A stretch of DNA of 64,000 bases from a virus (taxonomy: Duplodnaviria; Caudoviricetes), in the IMG/VR virus record IMGVR_UViG_3300032323_001428, positions 1 through 64,000 of that record. One strand, given 5' to 3'. Within the stretch, counting starts at the first letter, position 1; every line of letters starts with the position of its first letter. The notes under the pieces were generated by a model. The model was not told the origin of the DNA. It saw only the letters and a list, made by a program, of their open reading frames with translations, and ran no database searches. Made by a program: the position numbers and the translations under genes. Below, piece by piece: positions 9,384 through 18,677 of this stretch.

Positions 9384-10138
9384 AATCCAAGTTCAAGTTT
9401 TGCTGTAATATACTCTTTCACAAGACCAGAACGAACAATATCATCAACACCAAATTCAACCAGTTCAAATGAATCCATTTTTCTCAAAATATTCATAAAG
9501 TCAACAATACCATTTCTTTCATTTGATTTTACCAAATCAGATTGAGTTGCATCACCACAGAAACAAATTCTACTATTTTCACCAACACGAGTAATAATAG
9601 AATCTAATTCGTGAAAATTAAGATTCTGCATTTCATCAATAATGATAATTGAATTATCAAGAGTTGTACCACGAATGAAAGATGTGCTCCAGAACTTTAC
9701 AGTTTCTTGTGATTTGAGATTACCATAAAGCATCTCAAAGTCAGCATCACTTGGCATCTGGAACATATACTTTACCATATTCTTATAAGGAATTTGATAA
9801 AGAGCAGACTTATCATCATGGTCTCCTGGAAGAAAACCAATCTCACGAGTTGCTACAAGAGAACGAACCACATAGATTTGTTCGTATGGTGTTGTCTCAT
9901 CAAATACATCTTTGAGTGCGTTATAAAGAGTAATAAAGGTCTTACCTGTACCAGCAGCACCATAAGCAACTAAATGTTTTCCCTCTTTGTATGCTTCAAA
10001 AAGTTTCCTTTGATTTTCTGTAAGAGGTTCAACATCAACCAAATATTCAGCACTAATTGGTTTCTTTCTCTTTATTTGCCTAGTCGTCAAACCAACTCCA
10101 ATTGGGTGGTTATCATTGCTCCTTCTTTTTCTTGCCAT
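9380..10138 (-). CDS. phoH: PhoH-family ATPase
   Basis: GAAGTGKT, IGFLPG, RGTTL, DEMQN, GDATQSDL, DIVRSG. Confidence 0.95.
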   Translation of the reverse strand: MARKRRSNDNHPIGVGLTTRQIKRKKPISAEYLVDVEPLTENQRKLFEAYKEGKHLVAYGAAGTGKTFITLYNALKDVFDETTPYEQIYVVRSLVATREIGFLPGDHDDKSALYQIPYKNMVKYMFQMPSDADFEMLYGNLKSQETVKFWSTSFIRGTTLDNSIIIIDEMQNLNFHELDSIITRVGENSRICFCGDATQSDLVKSNERNGIVDFMNILRKMDSFELVEFGVDDIVRSGLVKEYITAKLELGL

Positions 10139-10140
10139 AG

Positions 10141-10380
10141 TTAAATTGGTTTTACGTTTGCACCTGGAACTTTTGAAACCTTGTGTAGAACATCATTCCA
10201 TCCAGGGTTTCTTCTAACATGTCTGCTCAATAAATCACCCACCTCCCCAACATTCATTTGTGTGGGAATGAGTGGTTTGATATTTGGATTTTCTTGGAGA
10301 AAAGGTTCCTTTTCCGCCATATACATCCATTTTTCAAAGATTTCACCAGTTTCTGTATTTTCGAATCTATAAGTTGGCAT
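10141..10380 (-). CDS. small FmdB-like hypothetical protein
   Basis: MPTYRF...TGE, GW..VL.KV...PG pattern usual between thyX and phoH. Confidence 0.65.
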   Translation of the reverse strand: MPTYRFENTETGEIFEKWMYMAEKEPFLQENPNIKPLIPTQMNVGEVGDLLSRHVRRNPGWNDVLHKVSKVPGANVKPI

Positions 10381-10404
10381 TATTTTAATAATATGTAAAA
10401 TTAT

Positions 10405-11094
10405 TTATTCCAATGTAATAGATGGTGCATCTTGACATTCAGGACAGTTTTCTCTACCCCAACCAAGAGCAGAAGAGATTGTAGGAAACTGACAGGTAAA
10501 GATACAACGGATTGCTTCAGCAACCTCCATATGCTCCTTCTGGGTGCCGTGAGCACTACGAAGGTCGATATAGTGCATCCACGACCTTAGAGAACCCGAC
10601 ATATACAAACGGGTCTGTGTTGCCTGTGGGAGCACGAAACGGGCACATTCTTTTGCTACTCCTTGAGCAAGAAGAAGATTGTAGATATTCAAACTCTCTT
10701 CAAAATGATTTTTAATCAACAAACTCATAGTTTCTGTTAGATCACTTCCAAGATCGTCCGTACTATTTTGTCTATTTTTTGTATCTTGTCTCCGCAAATC
10801 AGGTACAGGAAGTTCAACTTGAAGTTCCGTACTATCGGCATATCTTTGACTGAATTGTTGGAACGTGAAAGACCTATGACGCAAAATTTGCGTAGCAATC
10901 GCCAACGAGGTATTAATCTCAACTGTGAGGAATGCGTGTTCAAAGATACTCCAGTGTTGGTTCTTGATACAATATTTAAGCAATCCTTCAAAGTTTGAGT
11001 TCTCTTGATTTTTTGGATTACTTACACGGGCACAATAAGCAATATGTTGTTCTGCGTTTGGTGTGGCAGAAATGAGTTTAACTTCTGGTTTCAT
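10405..11094 (-). CDS. thyX: FAD-dependent thymidylate synthase
   Basis: ARVS, HWSIFEH, RHRSFTFQQFSQRY, KECARFVLP, LRSAHGTQKEH. Confidence 0.95.
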   Translation of the reverse strand: MKPEVKLISATPNAEQHIAYCARVSNPKNQENSNFEGLLKYCIKNQHWSIFEHAFLTVEINTSLAIATQILRHRSFTFQQFSQRYADSTELQVELPVPDLRRQDTKNRQNSTDDLGSDLTETMSLLIKNHFEESLNIYNLLLAQGVAKECARFVLPQATQTRLYMSGSLRSWMHYIDLRSAHGTQKEHMEVAEAIRCIFTCQFPTISSALGWGRENCPECQDAPSITLE

Positions 11095-11258
11095 TTTCCA
11101 AATCCTTTTGATGTAAGTTTTTCCAATTGAACAAGTTCATTTTCCACAACTCTCAATTGTGATTTCATTTCTTTCAGTTGTTTATCTGAATACAAATGTT
11201 CCTGTTTGATTAATTTTTTAAGTAGTTTAACCAATTGTTTTGATCTGCTAGTCATCAT
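11091..11258 (-). CDS. hypothetical protein (KGFG C-terminus)
   Basis: ORF coupled to neighbours; cyanophage-type KGFGK ending. Confidence 0.6.
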   Translation of the reverse strand: MMTSRSKQLVKLLKKLIKQEHLYSDKQLKEMKSQLRVVENELVQLEKLTSKGFGK

Positions 11259-11403
11259 TATCCTCAAATACTTCATCGTAATCAATAATTCGTTGATTAC
11301 TCTTTACTCTATGTGCTTGAACGTCTGTATAGATTTCTACCTTTAAAGAATCCAAAAGCAGTTCCATATTCCTTATAATCAATTTAACTTTTTCCCTATC
11401 CAT
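11248..11403 (-). CDS. hypothetical protein, 51 aa, not in ORF track
   Basis: Manual translation MDREKVKLIIRNMELLLDSLKVEIYTD...DYDEVFEDNDD; follows a promoter. Confidence 0.65.
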   Translation of the reverse strand: MDREKVKLIIRNMELLLDSLKVEIYTDVQAHRVKSNQRIIDYDEVFEDNDD

Positions 11404-11424
11404 ATAATAAAGTTATCTTCAGTT

Positions 11425-11453
11425 ATTCTACATAAAAAAAGGGGAGAAGTCAA
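11425..11453 (-). promoter_or_regulatory. sigma70-type promoter
   Basis: TTGACT-N17-TAGAAT. Confidence 0.6.
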
Positions 11454-11465
11454 TCCCACCCTTAA

Positions 11466-11744
11466 TTATTTTCTTCTTTTTGTTTCTTTGGGAACATATC
11501 CATAAACTCTTGGATTTACTCTTCCATCAGTCCATTTAATTTCTTTCAGTGCTCCTTTTCCATATTCATCATAATAAGTGTCAAACACTTCCACCTTACT
11601 ACCTGATTGTACTATATCATATTTTTCTTTATCTTTTACAAGATACGTCACAAGATAAGAATCAACAGGAAGACTTTTATCTTTTGCTAATGATTTATCG
11701 CAGTCTTTATGTATAATATTCAATAATTTTCCTCCAGTTTTCAA
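11466..11744 (-). CDS. hypothetical protein
   Basis: ORF in tight gene array. Confidence 0.65.
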   Translation of the reverse strand: MKTGGKLLNIIHKDCDKSLAKDKSLPVDSYLVTYLVKDKEKYDIVQSGSKVEVFDTYYDEYGKGALKEIKWTDGRVNPRVYGYVPKETKRRK

Positions 11745-12298
11745 CCTCTATTTCCCCAAACAATATCAGGGTATGCTTCCGATACAATCTCTTTATTGAC
11801 TTTATATCTACTTTCAAGTTTCTTATCTTTACATAAACAAAGAATTTCTGCTTCCAAAGGATGCAAACCTTCCAAAAGATTTACAAAAATATTTTCTCTA
11901 CGAATTCCATTCAATGTATCATTTCCACCTTTGATAAAATTATAAAATTTAGTATATTCTTTACGAATTGTAGAATATCTTTGGTCAAGTGCTCCTATTG
12001 ATGAACCACTCATTTGTTTGATTGCATCTTCAATTCTTTCAGACATTGTTGATGTCTTCATATCATTCTCACCAAAAAATGGAACATCACCTTCTGGTAA
12101 AACAGATATTACAGTTTCATCAAAATTCCAAATAAAAATTGCTTTTAACGAATCGTGTTCGTATGTTTTAAGAACTTCTACTTTTTTTGCTTTTGATCTT
12201 TGTTTTGAAGCAAGAGCAAGAATTTCAAATATAAATGGATTTGGTGGAAGAATTTCGAGTTCAGTCTCCGTCTTCTTCTTCGTCGTTGTCGTCGTCAT
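11741..12298 (-). CDS. conserved T4-like hypothetical protein (DUF6433-like)
   Basis: WNFDE...LPEG.VP, RRE..F..LLEGLHP.EAEIL..KDK. Confidence 0.7.
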   Translation of the reverse strand: MTTTTTKKKTETELEILPPNPFIFEILALASKQRSKAKKVEVLKTYEHDSLKAIFIWNFDETVISVLPEGDVPFFGENDMKTSTMSERIEDAIKQMSGSSIGALDQRYSTIRKEYTKFYNFIKGGNDTLNGIRRENIFVNLLEGLHPLEAEILCLCKDKKLESRYKVNKEIVSEAYPDIVWGNRG

Positions 12299-12506
12299 AA
12301 TTGTTTTCAAATCGTACTGCCAAAATTTCGTCTGGTATAATATTACCGTTCTCATCAAACATTTCTGGATGTAATGCTACTTTATTTCTATTCAAAATTG
12401 AATAAAAAATATCATTACCAAACCATCCTATGATTATTCCAATCAAGAAGGAACCAATAATTCCAATACCACAAAAGAAAAGAATATAGGGTGTTGCTGA
12501 TTCCAT
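12261..12506 (-). CDS. small membrane protein
   Basis: N-terminal TM segment, HPEMFDENGN.IPDEILAVRFE motif. Confidence 0.7.
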   Translation of the reverse strand: MESATPYILFFCGIGIIGSFLIGIIIGWFGNDIFYSILNRNKVALHPEMFDENGNIIPDEILAVRFENNYDDDNDEEEDGD

Positions 12507-12523
12507 TTTTTTTCTCCAAGAGA

Positions 12524-12709
12524 TTACGTTTTCTTTGCCACTCTTAGTTCAATTTTAAAATGTATCTCTCGTTTAAAAAGAGAAAACATTTTTCCAAAAC
12601 TGAACTGTCTAGAATCCAATTCTGGTTGATTTGTTCCTCCTTTTTTGCGAAGTAGTAACTCAACACCACGATTGATGTTTGTTTTTCCAGAATTATTTAT
12701 AGTACTCAT
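12524..12709 (-). CDS. hypothetical protein
   Basis: INRGVELLLR...REIHF pattern; coupled to glutaredoxin. Confidence 0.6.
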   Translation of the reverse strand: MSTINNSGKTNINRGVELLLRKKGGTNQPELDSRQFSFGKMFSLFKREIHFKIELRVAKKT

Positions 12710-12957
12710 TAAAACATATTGTTCTCTTGTAAGTACTTCACGGTATCACTACATCCACCAATATTTTTTTTATCAAAAACAACTTGTGGAAATGTAGAAC
12801 CTTCACCAAATTCAGCATAAAATTGCTCTCTTGTAAATTCAGTTCCAAGTTCATAACAAATGACTGGGTATCCTCGTTTGATACTCAAATCACCTAGAAC
12901 CATTTTAATCTTGTCACAATAAGGACAACCTTTTTTTGAATAAACTGTAAAATTCAT
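12709..12957 (-). CDS. nrdC: glutaredoxin
   Basis: CPYC active site, TFPQV, IGG. Confidence 0.9.
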   Translation of the reverse strand: MNFTVYSKKGCPYCDKIKMVLGDLSIKRGYPVICYELGTEFTREQFYAEFGEGSTFPQVVFDKKNIGGCSDTVKYLQENNMF

Positions 12958-13049
12958 AAAATTATTAATAAGGGTATAAGAATTATTAAAATTGAAACTA
13001 AGGTCCCCATTACATTTGCTGCAATGGGGTAGATACTACCATCATCCAT
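12954..13049 (-). CDS. 31-aa single-TM peptide, not in ORF track
   Basis: Manual translation MDDGSIYPIAANVMGTLVSILIILIPLLIIL; ATGA overlap with glutaredoxin. Confidence 0.45.
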   Translation of the reverse strand: MDDGSIYPIAANVMGTLVSILIILIPLLIIL

Positions 13050-13054
13050 AAATG

Positions 13055-13426
13055 TTAAGATGCATTATTTCTTCTTGGTCTATAGTTATATAGATTTAAA
13101 TTTTCTTCTGGTTTCATCCATTTTACTATAGCATCCCTTTTTGCTTCTGTAAAGAAGTCTTGATTATAATACCACTGTTCCCAAGGAGTATGTCCCTTAG
13201 ATTGATTACAAGAATGACAGCAGGCAATTACGTTAGTCTTAATGTCCAATCCACCCTTACATTGGGGAGTAATATGGTCTAGTGTGATATTGTCTTCTGA
13301 TTTACAATAGGCACACTTATGTTCCCATTGTTCTTTTATAATCCTCCTCCACATTCGTTTTGCTTCTGCTTTACTAGTCGTTTCGAGATTAAACAAGTAG
13401 TCCTTAAACGAATGTAGAGGAATCAT
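13055..13426 (-). CDS. HNH endonuclease
   Basis: CAYC, TLDHITP..KGG, N...CC..CN..KG. Confidence 0.85.
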   Translation of the reverse strand: MIPLHSFKDYLFNLETTSKAEAKRMWRRIIKEQWEHKCAYCKSEDNITLDHITPQCKGGLDIKTNVIACCHSCNQSKGHTPWEQWYYNQDFFTEAKRDAIVKWMKPEENLNLYNYRPRRNNAS

Positions 13427-13449
13427 AAGTTTTTGCAACTTATGATTAT

Positions 13450-13911
13450 TTAGAGATTAAACTTACGTCTGTATGCTTCAAAGTTTATTTGAATTTCTTC
13501 ATTTGTTAATTCACGATTATAAATCATCACATTGTTCCATAAGCAATCATAATTACTTGTCCCTGTTCCAAATATTTTATCCAAATTAATTTCATCAGAG
13601 TTGTTCCAATCATTCAAAGAACCTAACGTTTTAGTAGATGCGTTTGTAGATATAAAAGTATAATAGTTTGTTGTTACTCCAAAAACAACAAAAGTCCAAT
13701 CACTAAATGATACTGTTTGTGTTGATGGTATGGGAGTATTAGAAATACTAGTGGTTGGATAAGATCTACCATCTCCCCAAATAATTCTTACAGCACCTTG
13801 TCCACCAGTTCCACCATTTCTTACAAAATTAATTCCCAGAGTAGTCTCTGGTCTTGTTCCTCCACCTCCACCATAACTTAAACTATTAATATATGAGAAA
13901 ATATTTTTAAA
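13450..13911 (-). pseudogene. start-less open frame: Gly-rich tail-fibre end fused to a LamG-like C-terminus
   Basis: 154-codon frame with no ATG/GTG/TTG near its 5' end; GGTGGQGAVRIIWGDGRSYP and VMIYNRELTNEEIQINFEAYRRKFNL. Confidence 0.6.
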
Positions 13912-13988
13912 TTATATTTCTCAATGTAGGAAAGAATGTCTCAATAATTTTCAGGTTTGATTGTTTAATTTTTTATGATTATTATATA

Positions 13989-14612
13989 TTATTTTATTTC
14001 CAATCTAAGTCCGCTTAGATTTGCAAAATCACCAATATCACCACATAAAAATGAATTGAAAGAAATTGTATATCTTGGATTATTAGATGTATTTGGATCT
14101 ACAAAATGATCTAAATTTGATGGAAAAATAATTAAAGTTCCCATTTCTGCCTTTTCAGCATGATATACAGTTGATGAGTTATCTGGTAAAAAATATTCAA
14201 ATGCATTTTTTATTGATTTTTTACTGTTGTAAGTTTCCCAAATACTTGGAATATAAAACTTTGTTCCTTCATCAGAATTTGTTAAATAATAAACTCCACT
14301 TATAATAGAATTAGCATGACAATGTGGATGATGACTAGACCCTTCTGGACTTTTATTTGCCCAAGATTGAGTTATTTTTATATCATCTGCCCAATAATTT
14401 ACTTCTCTTTTTACAATTAAAAGACACTCATGAAACCATTCATGCAAATCGATAAAATCTGTATTTTTGTGCAGATGTCCATCAATAGACCTAAAATTAT
14501 TTAAGTTATTACTCCAAGTTAAATCTGCAACTTTATTTTGAGTGTCTCTTAAAAGACATGAGGTGCTTTTAAATTTATAAATTTGTTGAGGCAATATTTG
14601 AAGTGTTTCCAT
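13989..14612 (-). CDS. putative 2OG-Fe(II) oxygenase (TIGR02466-like)
   Basis: SWAN, HHPHCHANSIISGVYY, LIIFPS.L.H.V, R.TISFN. Confidence 0.85.
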   Translation of the reverse strand: METLQILPQQIYKFKSTSCLLRDTQNKVADLTWSNNLNNFRSIDGHLHKNTDFIDLHEWFHECLLIVKREVNYWADDIKITQSWANKSPEGSSHHPHCHANSIISGVYYLTNSDEGTKFYIPSIWETYNSKKSIKNAFEYFLPDNSSTVYHAEKAEMGTLIIFPSNLDHFVDPNTSNNPRYTISFNSFLCGDIGDFANLSGLRLEIK

Positions 14613-14618
14613 TATTTA

Positions 14619-15062
14619 TTACTCCCAAGAAAGACTCAGTGTAACTCTAGGGTCATGAACGATTGGTTCATGATAAACACCTTTAGGTATGAATAAACTA
14701 TCACCAGGAGTTAAATTATAAACCATTCCATTATCAAATTTATAAGAAACATTTCCTATAGATTGAACAATCAAAACATCAACATGATCGCAATGTTTTC
14801 CAAATGTGGAGGCATTTTTTGCAAAAGAAATATAAAGATGAAGAACATTAACTCCCATTTCAGTTTTAACCTCATTAAAAGATTCACCAATTGTACCAGG
14901 AAAAAAATTATCAATAAGGATAATTGTTGGAGAATTGCTATTTTCTTTTACAATTAATTTATTTGTTTGATTTAAACATTCATATGAAATTTTTTTAACT
15001 ACATCATCCCAAATTATAGTTTTTGAAATTTGAAAATGATTTTTTGTGTATATAATACTCAT
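14619..15062 (-). CDS. cupin/JmjC-like protein
   Basis: FGKHCD..DV.IVQ..G, L.PGD.LFIPKG.YH, R.TLS. Confidence 0.8.
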   Translation of the reverse strand: MSIIYTKNHFQISKTIIWDDVVKKISYECLNQTNKLIVKENSNSPTIILIDNFFPGTIGESFNEVKTEMGVNVLHLYISFAKNASTFGKHCDHVDVLIVQSIGNVSYKFDNGMVYNLTPGDSLFIPKGVYHEPIVHDPRVTLSLSWE

Positions 15063-15658
15063 AATTGATTTGAAGTAGCATTTGTTGTATGTTTAATCCA
15101 TGAAACCGAATTTTCAAATTTATCTCTTTTTAATAAAACATTATTAGATTCATAGTAATAAATTCCTACATTTCCAGCAACAATAATTCGATCAAAGTTT
15201 TCACCATTTACCCCATCTGCTCCATGTAATCTCCAAGAAGGAAAACATATAAAATCTCCGTTAGATTGATGCTCTGGGTAAATTTTATTTCCATAAGAAT
15301 CCATAAAATAAAAACATTTTTGTTTTGGTGCTCGTATAAAATGAACCCAAGAAATTAACTCAGAACCATCAAAATGATGATGGCAATTGTGACCACTTGT
15401 TGTATTATTATATAATTGAACCCACGAATGCCATTCATATTGCGAGATATGATAAAGTCCAATATCACACATCATTTCTTTAATTATTGAATCATAATAT
15501 GAATAACTTTGAATAGGATCATCTTCAGAATAATAAGTGCTGTACAATTTTTGTGGTGTTAAAAATTTTTCATTTTTAACAATATTAATTATTTGTAATA
15601 TTGTTTCTTCTGGAAGATTTTTTTTACATTCCCATAATATCATTAGAGTCTCTCTCAA
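15059..15658 (-). CDS. putative 2OG-Fe(II) oxygenase
   Basis: WVQ.Y, H..HHH, SWVHF, GD.ICFPSW..H, R.IVAGN. Confidence 0.75.
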   Translation of the reverse strand: MRETLMILWECKKNLPEETILQIINIVKNEKFLTPQKLYSTYYSEDDPIQSYSYYDSIIKEMMCDIGLYHISQYEWHSWVQLYNNTTSGHNCHHHFDGSELISWVHFIRAPKQKCFYFMDSYGNKIYPEHQSNGDFICFPSWRLHGADGVNGENFDRIIVAGNVGIYYYESNNVLLKRDKFENSVSWIKHTTNATSNQL

Positions 15659-15663
15659 AAAAG

Positions 15664-15864
15664 TTAAGCATTCTTTTTACCATTTTTCTTCTTACAAGTA
15701 TCTCGTGCCCATGCTCTTGATAAACTATTCACATAAGAACAAGACTTACCAGACTTTCCACAATGAGGACATACTGCGTCTGGTGGATCTTTCAAGTATC
15801 CTTCAGGTGTATGCATTTTTTTCTTTTTAAGATTCACAGATTGTTTATGCTTTCGGTGATTCAT
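15664..15864 (-). CDS. small Cys-containing hypothetical protein
   Basis: CPHCG..C..C pattern; ATGA-coupled. Confidence 0.55.
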   Translation of the reverse strand: MNHRKHKQSVNLKKKKMHTPEGYLKDPPDAVCPHCGKSGKSCSYVNSLSRAWARDTCKKKNGKKNA

Positions 15865-16175
15865 ACCCTAAAAGGTTTTTGTTGACCTTCTGGAAGTTTG
15901 ATTTGTGGTAATTGATTGATTTTCTCAATCATCCATTCATCTTGATGCTCTTGATAAGGTTTAGTATTGATGGCAATTTCATTGGTTGGAAGTGCTTTCG
16001 GCATCACTATATCAATTACCTGACCCATCAGAAACTTATTTCTAGTAATGGTTCTGTTCTGCGGATCAAATGCTACCAGTGCCAGTGCGTCTGTTTCTTC
16101 TCCACAATCTGCAATTTTTCTACCAGTCCTAGTTTCAATGACGGAAAAATAATCTTCGGTATTATACTTTTTCAT
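15861..16175 (-). CDS. hypothetical protein
   Basis: TGRKIADCG motif; start at MKKYNTED. Confidence 0.6.
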   Translation of the reverse strand: MKKYNTEDYFSVIETRTGRKIADCGEETDALALVAFDPQNRTITRNKFLMGQVIDIVMPKALPTNEIAINTKPYQEHQDEWMIEKINQLPQIKLPEGQQKPFRV

Positions 16176-16761
16176 TTTTTGGTTCTCCTTTATAATAAAT
16201 CCAACAATCTTCAGAGCAATCAAACTCATCTAGCATTTCATTCACTGCTTGTTTTACTCCAGGAAACCAATCAGTTCCTTCATTATAATAATCATGTCCA
16301 GCAAGAATACCTCCTGATTTTATTTTAGGCAACCATGCTTTAATATCTTTTTTAATATTTTCATATTCATGAGATGCATCAAGAAAAACAAAATCTAAAG
16401 AATTGTCTTTAAATTTTTTACATGCATCTAAGGAAGAAATTTTTAATGGGAAATAATATTCTTCTACTGGTTTCATATTATCTAAGAAAATATTATAGAG
16501 TTGAGGTAATTCTTTCATGCCTTCATGTTCAACACTTCCTTCCCAAGTATCAATACAATAGAACTCAATATTTTTATTTGAATTTGCAATTTCCACTGAC
16601 ATATAGGCAGCAGATTTTCCTTTCCAAGAACCAACTTCAACAAATCTACTTCCAGAAGAAAAATTCTTTACAATATTAGAATATAAAATTGGATAACTAA
16701 ACCAATTCTCCCCAAATTGCGATTGATCGTAAATATGTTTTTTCATTTCTAAATCTGTCAA
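16162..16761 (-). CDS. class I SAM-dependent methyltransferase (Methyltransf_24-like)
   Basis: VEVGSWKGKS, IDTW, DFVFLDASH.YE, GGILAGHDY. Confidence 0.85.
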   Translation of the reverse strand: MTDLEMKKHIYDQSQFGENWFSYPILYSNIVKNFSSGSRFVEVGSWKGKSAAYMSVEIANSNKNIEFYCIDTWEGSVEHEGMKELPQLYNIFLDNMKPVEEYYFPLKISSLDACKKFKDNSLDFVFLDASHEYENIKKDIKAWLPKIKSGGILAGHDYYNEGTDWFPGVKQAVNEMLDEFDCSEDCWIYYKGEPKNEKV

Positions 16762-16982
16762 TTATTAGGTTGCGAAGGAATTACAGGACTACGAGTTTCA
16801 TTCTTAATGACGATAAAGGCATCTTTCTGATAGGTTACACTACCATAAGGTTTAGACCACTTTGGATTTGATGTTGATACAGTTTGAGTTCCAGTTGCTG
16901 CAACACCACCAACCTGAACTACAATCTCATCCGTTGGTTCCCATCCAAGTTCTGCGATGAGTTCGTTAATCCTTTCTATCAT
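16758..16982 (-). CDS. hypothetical protein
   Basis: ORF coupled to neighbours. Confidence 0.6.
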   Translation of the reverse strand: MIERINELIAELGWEPTDEIVVQVGGVAATGTQTVSTSNPKWSKPYGSVTYQKDAFIVIKNETRSPVIPSQPNN

Positions 16983-17094
16983 TTTGCTTTTGAGTTCTTT
17001 CAGTATTATACTTCCATTTCATCGGGATGTAAAGGTTCGGCCATGTATCTCTGATAATCTCTGCGAGTTTATATGGGGTGGTGGAAGATATCAT
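16966..17094 (-). CDS. 42-aa hypothetical protein, not in ORF track
   Basis: Manual translation MISSTTPYKLAEIIRDTWPNLY...; fills the gap with overlaps. Confidence 0.5.
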   Translation of the reverse strand: MISSTTPYKLAEIIRDTWPNLYIPMKWKYNTERTQKQNDRKD

Positions 17095-17795
17095 CAGTAT
17101 TTCTCCAATTTATAAACACCATTTTTCTCCACAATCGCAGAGCAAGTATCACACCAATCTCCACAACACATATACATCACCTTACCAAAGTTACGAATAT
17201 TTCCAGAATGTATGTGTCCGCAAATTACACCAGAATATTTCTTATCTCTTTGAGCACAATAAGAAGCAATATCGGTCTCATATTGATTGATATAATTCTT
17301 TCCTCTTACACTATTCTTCAGAGCATAAACCAAAGAGAATCGGAAGAACCTTTCCAACCAAATACTTAAGGGTGTAATTAATTCATATCCTTTATTGAAC
17401 ATCAGTTGCTTCCAAGACCCAGAAGAATACTCTGAATACTTATCTCCGTGAATACAAAGAAACTTATTTCCCTTTGAGTCCTTATGAACATACTCATCAA
17501 CCATCTTAAAGTTCTTGTGTTCAAAATCAGTATAACGACGAATCATTCCTTCGTGATTACCAAGAATATAAACAACTTCTGTTCCTTTCTTTGCGAGATT
17601 GAGAATCTGATGAACACATTCGGTATGCTCTTTGGTCCAACGAGTGTTATATCTTTCCATACAATGAATATCAATAACATCACCAACTAAAACTAATTTC
17701 TTAGTCTTAAGTTCTTTTAGAAATTTTAGAAACTTTTCAGTATTACATCTTGGAGTTCCTAGGTGAATATCACTGATAAAAGTTGCGTCGTACAT
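17094..17795 (-). CDS. calcineurin-like metallophosphoesterase (LpxH/UDP-2,3-diacylglucosamine hydrolase-like)
   Basis: SDIHLG, GDVID, GNHE, HGD, GHIH, GDW. Confidence 0.85.
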   Translation of the reverse strand: MYDATFISDIHLGTPRCNTEKFLKFLKELKTKKLVLVGDVIDIHCMERYNTRWTKEHTECVHQILNLAKKGTEVVYILGNHEGMIRRYTDFEHKNFKMVDEYVHKDSKGNKFLCIHGDKYSEYSSGSWKQLMFNKGYELITPLSIWLERFFRFSLVYALKNSVRGKNYINQYETDIASYCAQRDKKYSGVICGHIHSGNIRNFGKVMYMCCGDWCDTCSAIVEKNGVYKLEKY

Positions 17796-17887
17796 AAAAA
17801 GTTGTGATTTATCTTATATATTATAGCAAAGACATCAGAAAGAGGAACACTCCGAATGCTATGAAGGCTGCGAGGATGATGAGCATT

Positions 17888-18043
17888 TTATTGGTGCTTT
17901 TGTAAATATGCAACCAAATCTTTAAGGTAGTCAGATGCCTTATCCCAATCTCCATTAAACCTATCATTAAGTTCTTGATAAATTTTTTCTGCGTTTTCAG
18001 GTGCTAGATTGGTTGCCTCAATAAATCCTTCTTTAGTAATCAT
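17888..18043 (-). CDS. 51-aa hypothetical protein (paralog of 20889..21056)
   Basis: Manual translation MITKEGFIEATNLAPENAEKFYQELNDRFNGDWDKASDYLKDLVAYLQKHQ. Confidence 0.55.
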   Translation of the reverse strand: MITKEGFIEATNLAPENAEKIYQELNDRFNGDWDKASDYLKDLVAYLQKHQ

Positions 18044-18662
18044 AATGTTTTAATGTTTTTTCTGTAAGGTTGATGATTTCAGTTATGGGTAATTCTACCA
18101 CATAACACTCCGTATATCCACTGTCCGTGGTCTCAAAATCAATTTTATAATCTTGGTATTTTTGATGAATGAACTTTTCAAGATGATGAACTTGATAATG
18201 AATTCCTTTCCATATTTTAATTACACTATGTAATTTATTTTTGGTGTGATTTGCTAATTTATTGAAACTTCTACCAACCTTATAAACCAGTTTACCTTCA
18301 AGATAAACAATAACCAAATACAAATAATCAGTATCAAAATATCTTTCTTTCCAAGGGTTTTGACAATTATTGCCCTTTATTTTTTCTCCATATTTTTTGA
18401 CTCTTTCATCAGTTTCTTTGGTTAATCCTTTATTCCAAACTTTTTGACCTGTTTTCTTTCCTTTATTCCAAGGTTCTTTACCAACCTGCCATTCGGAAAA
18501 GTTTCTTGTTACACCAATTGTTTTAAGATACTTATATACAGAAACTCTTGGTATGTTTAGTTGTCTTCCAATCTCGTGGGAGGATAAACCAGACAAATAC
18601 ATTTGCTTCCAAATCTCCCTATCCTTATCAGTATATCTTACATTCATTTGTGGTCTGCTCAC
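18033..18662 (-). CDS. putative free-standing homing endonuclease (HTH + WNKG repeats + C-terminal GIY-YIG-like domain)
   Basis: N-terminal HTH, PWNKG/VWNKG, YLYLV...YKVGRS...LEK.IH...GYTEC; preceded by TATAAATA. Confidence 0.7.
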   Translation of the reverse strand: MSRPQMNVRYTDKDREIWKQMYLSGLSSHEIGRQLNIPRVSVYKYLKTIGVTRNFSEWQVGKEPWNKGKKTGQKVWNKGLTKETDERVKKYGEKIKGNNCQNPWKERYFDTDYLYLVIVYLEGKLVYKVGRSFNKLANHTKNKLHSVIKIWKGIHYQVHHLEKFIHQKYQDYKIDFETTDSGYTECYVVELPITEIINLTEKTLKHYDY

Positions 18663-18677
18663 GGATATTATTATTTA

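Noticed and set aside
13055-13426. HNH protein as an IscB/Cas9-like RNA-guided nuclease
   Set aside because: Only ~120 aa, with no RuvC motifs and no adjacent large structured RNA seen.
13450-13911. Diversity-generating retroelement template/variable repeat
   Set aside because: No reverse transcriptase and no second near-identical copy with A-specific mismatches in the window.
17888-18043. NblA-like phycobilisome degradation protein
   Set aside because: Only a vague helical resemblance; it lacks the LSLEQ.F motif.
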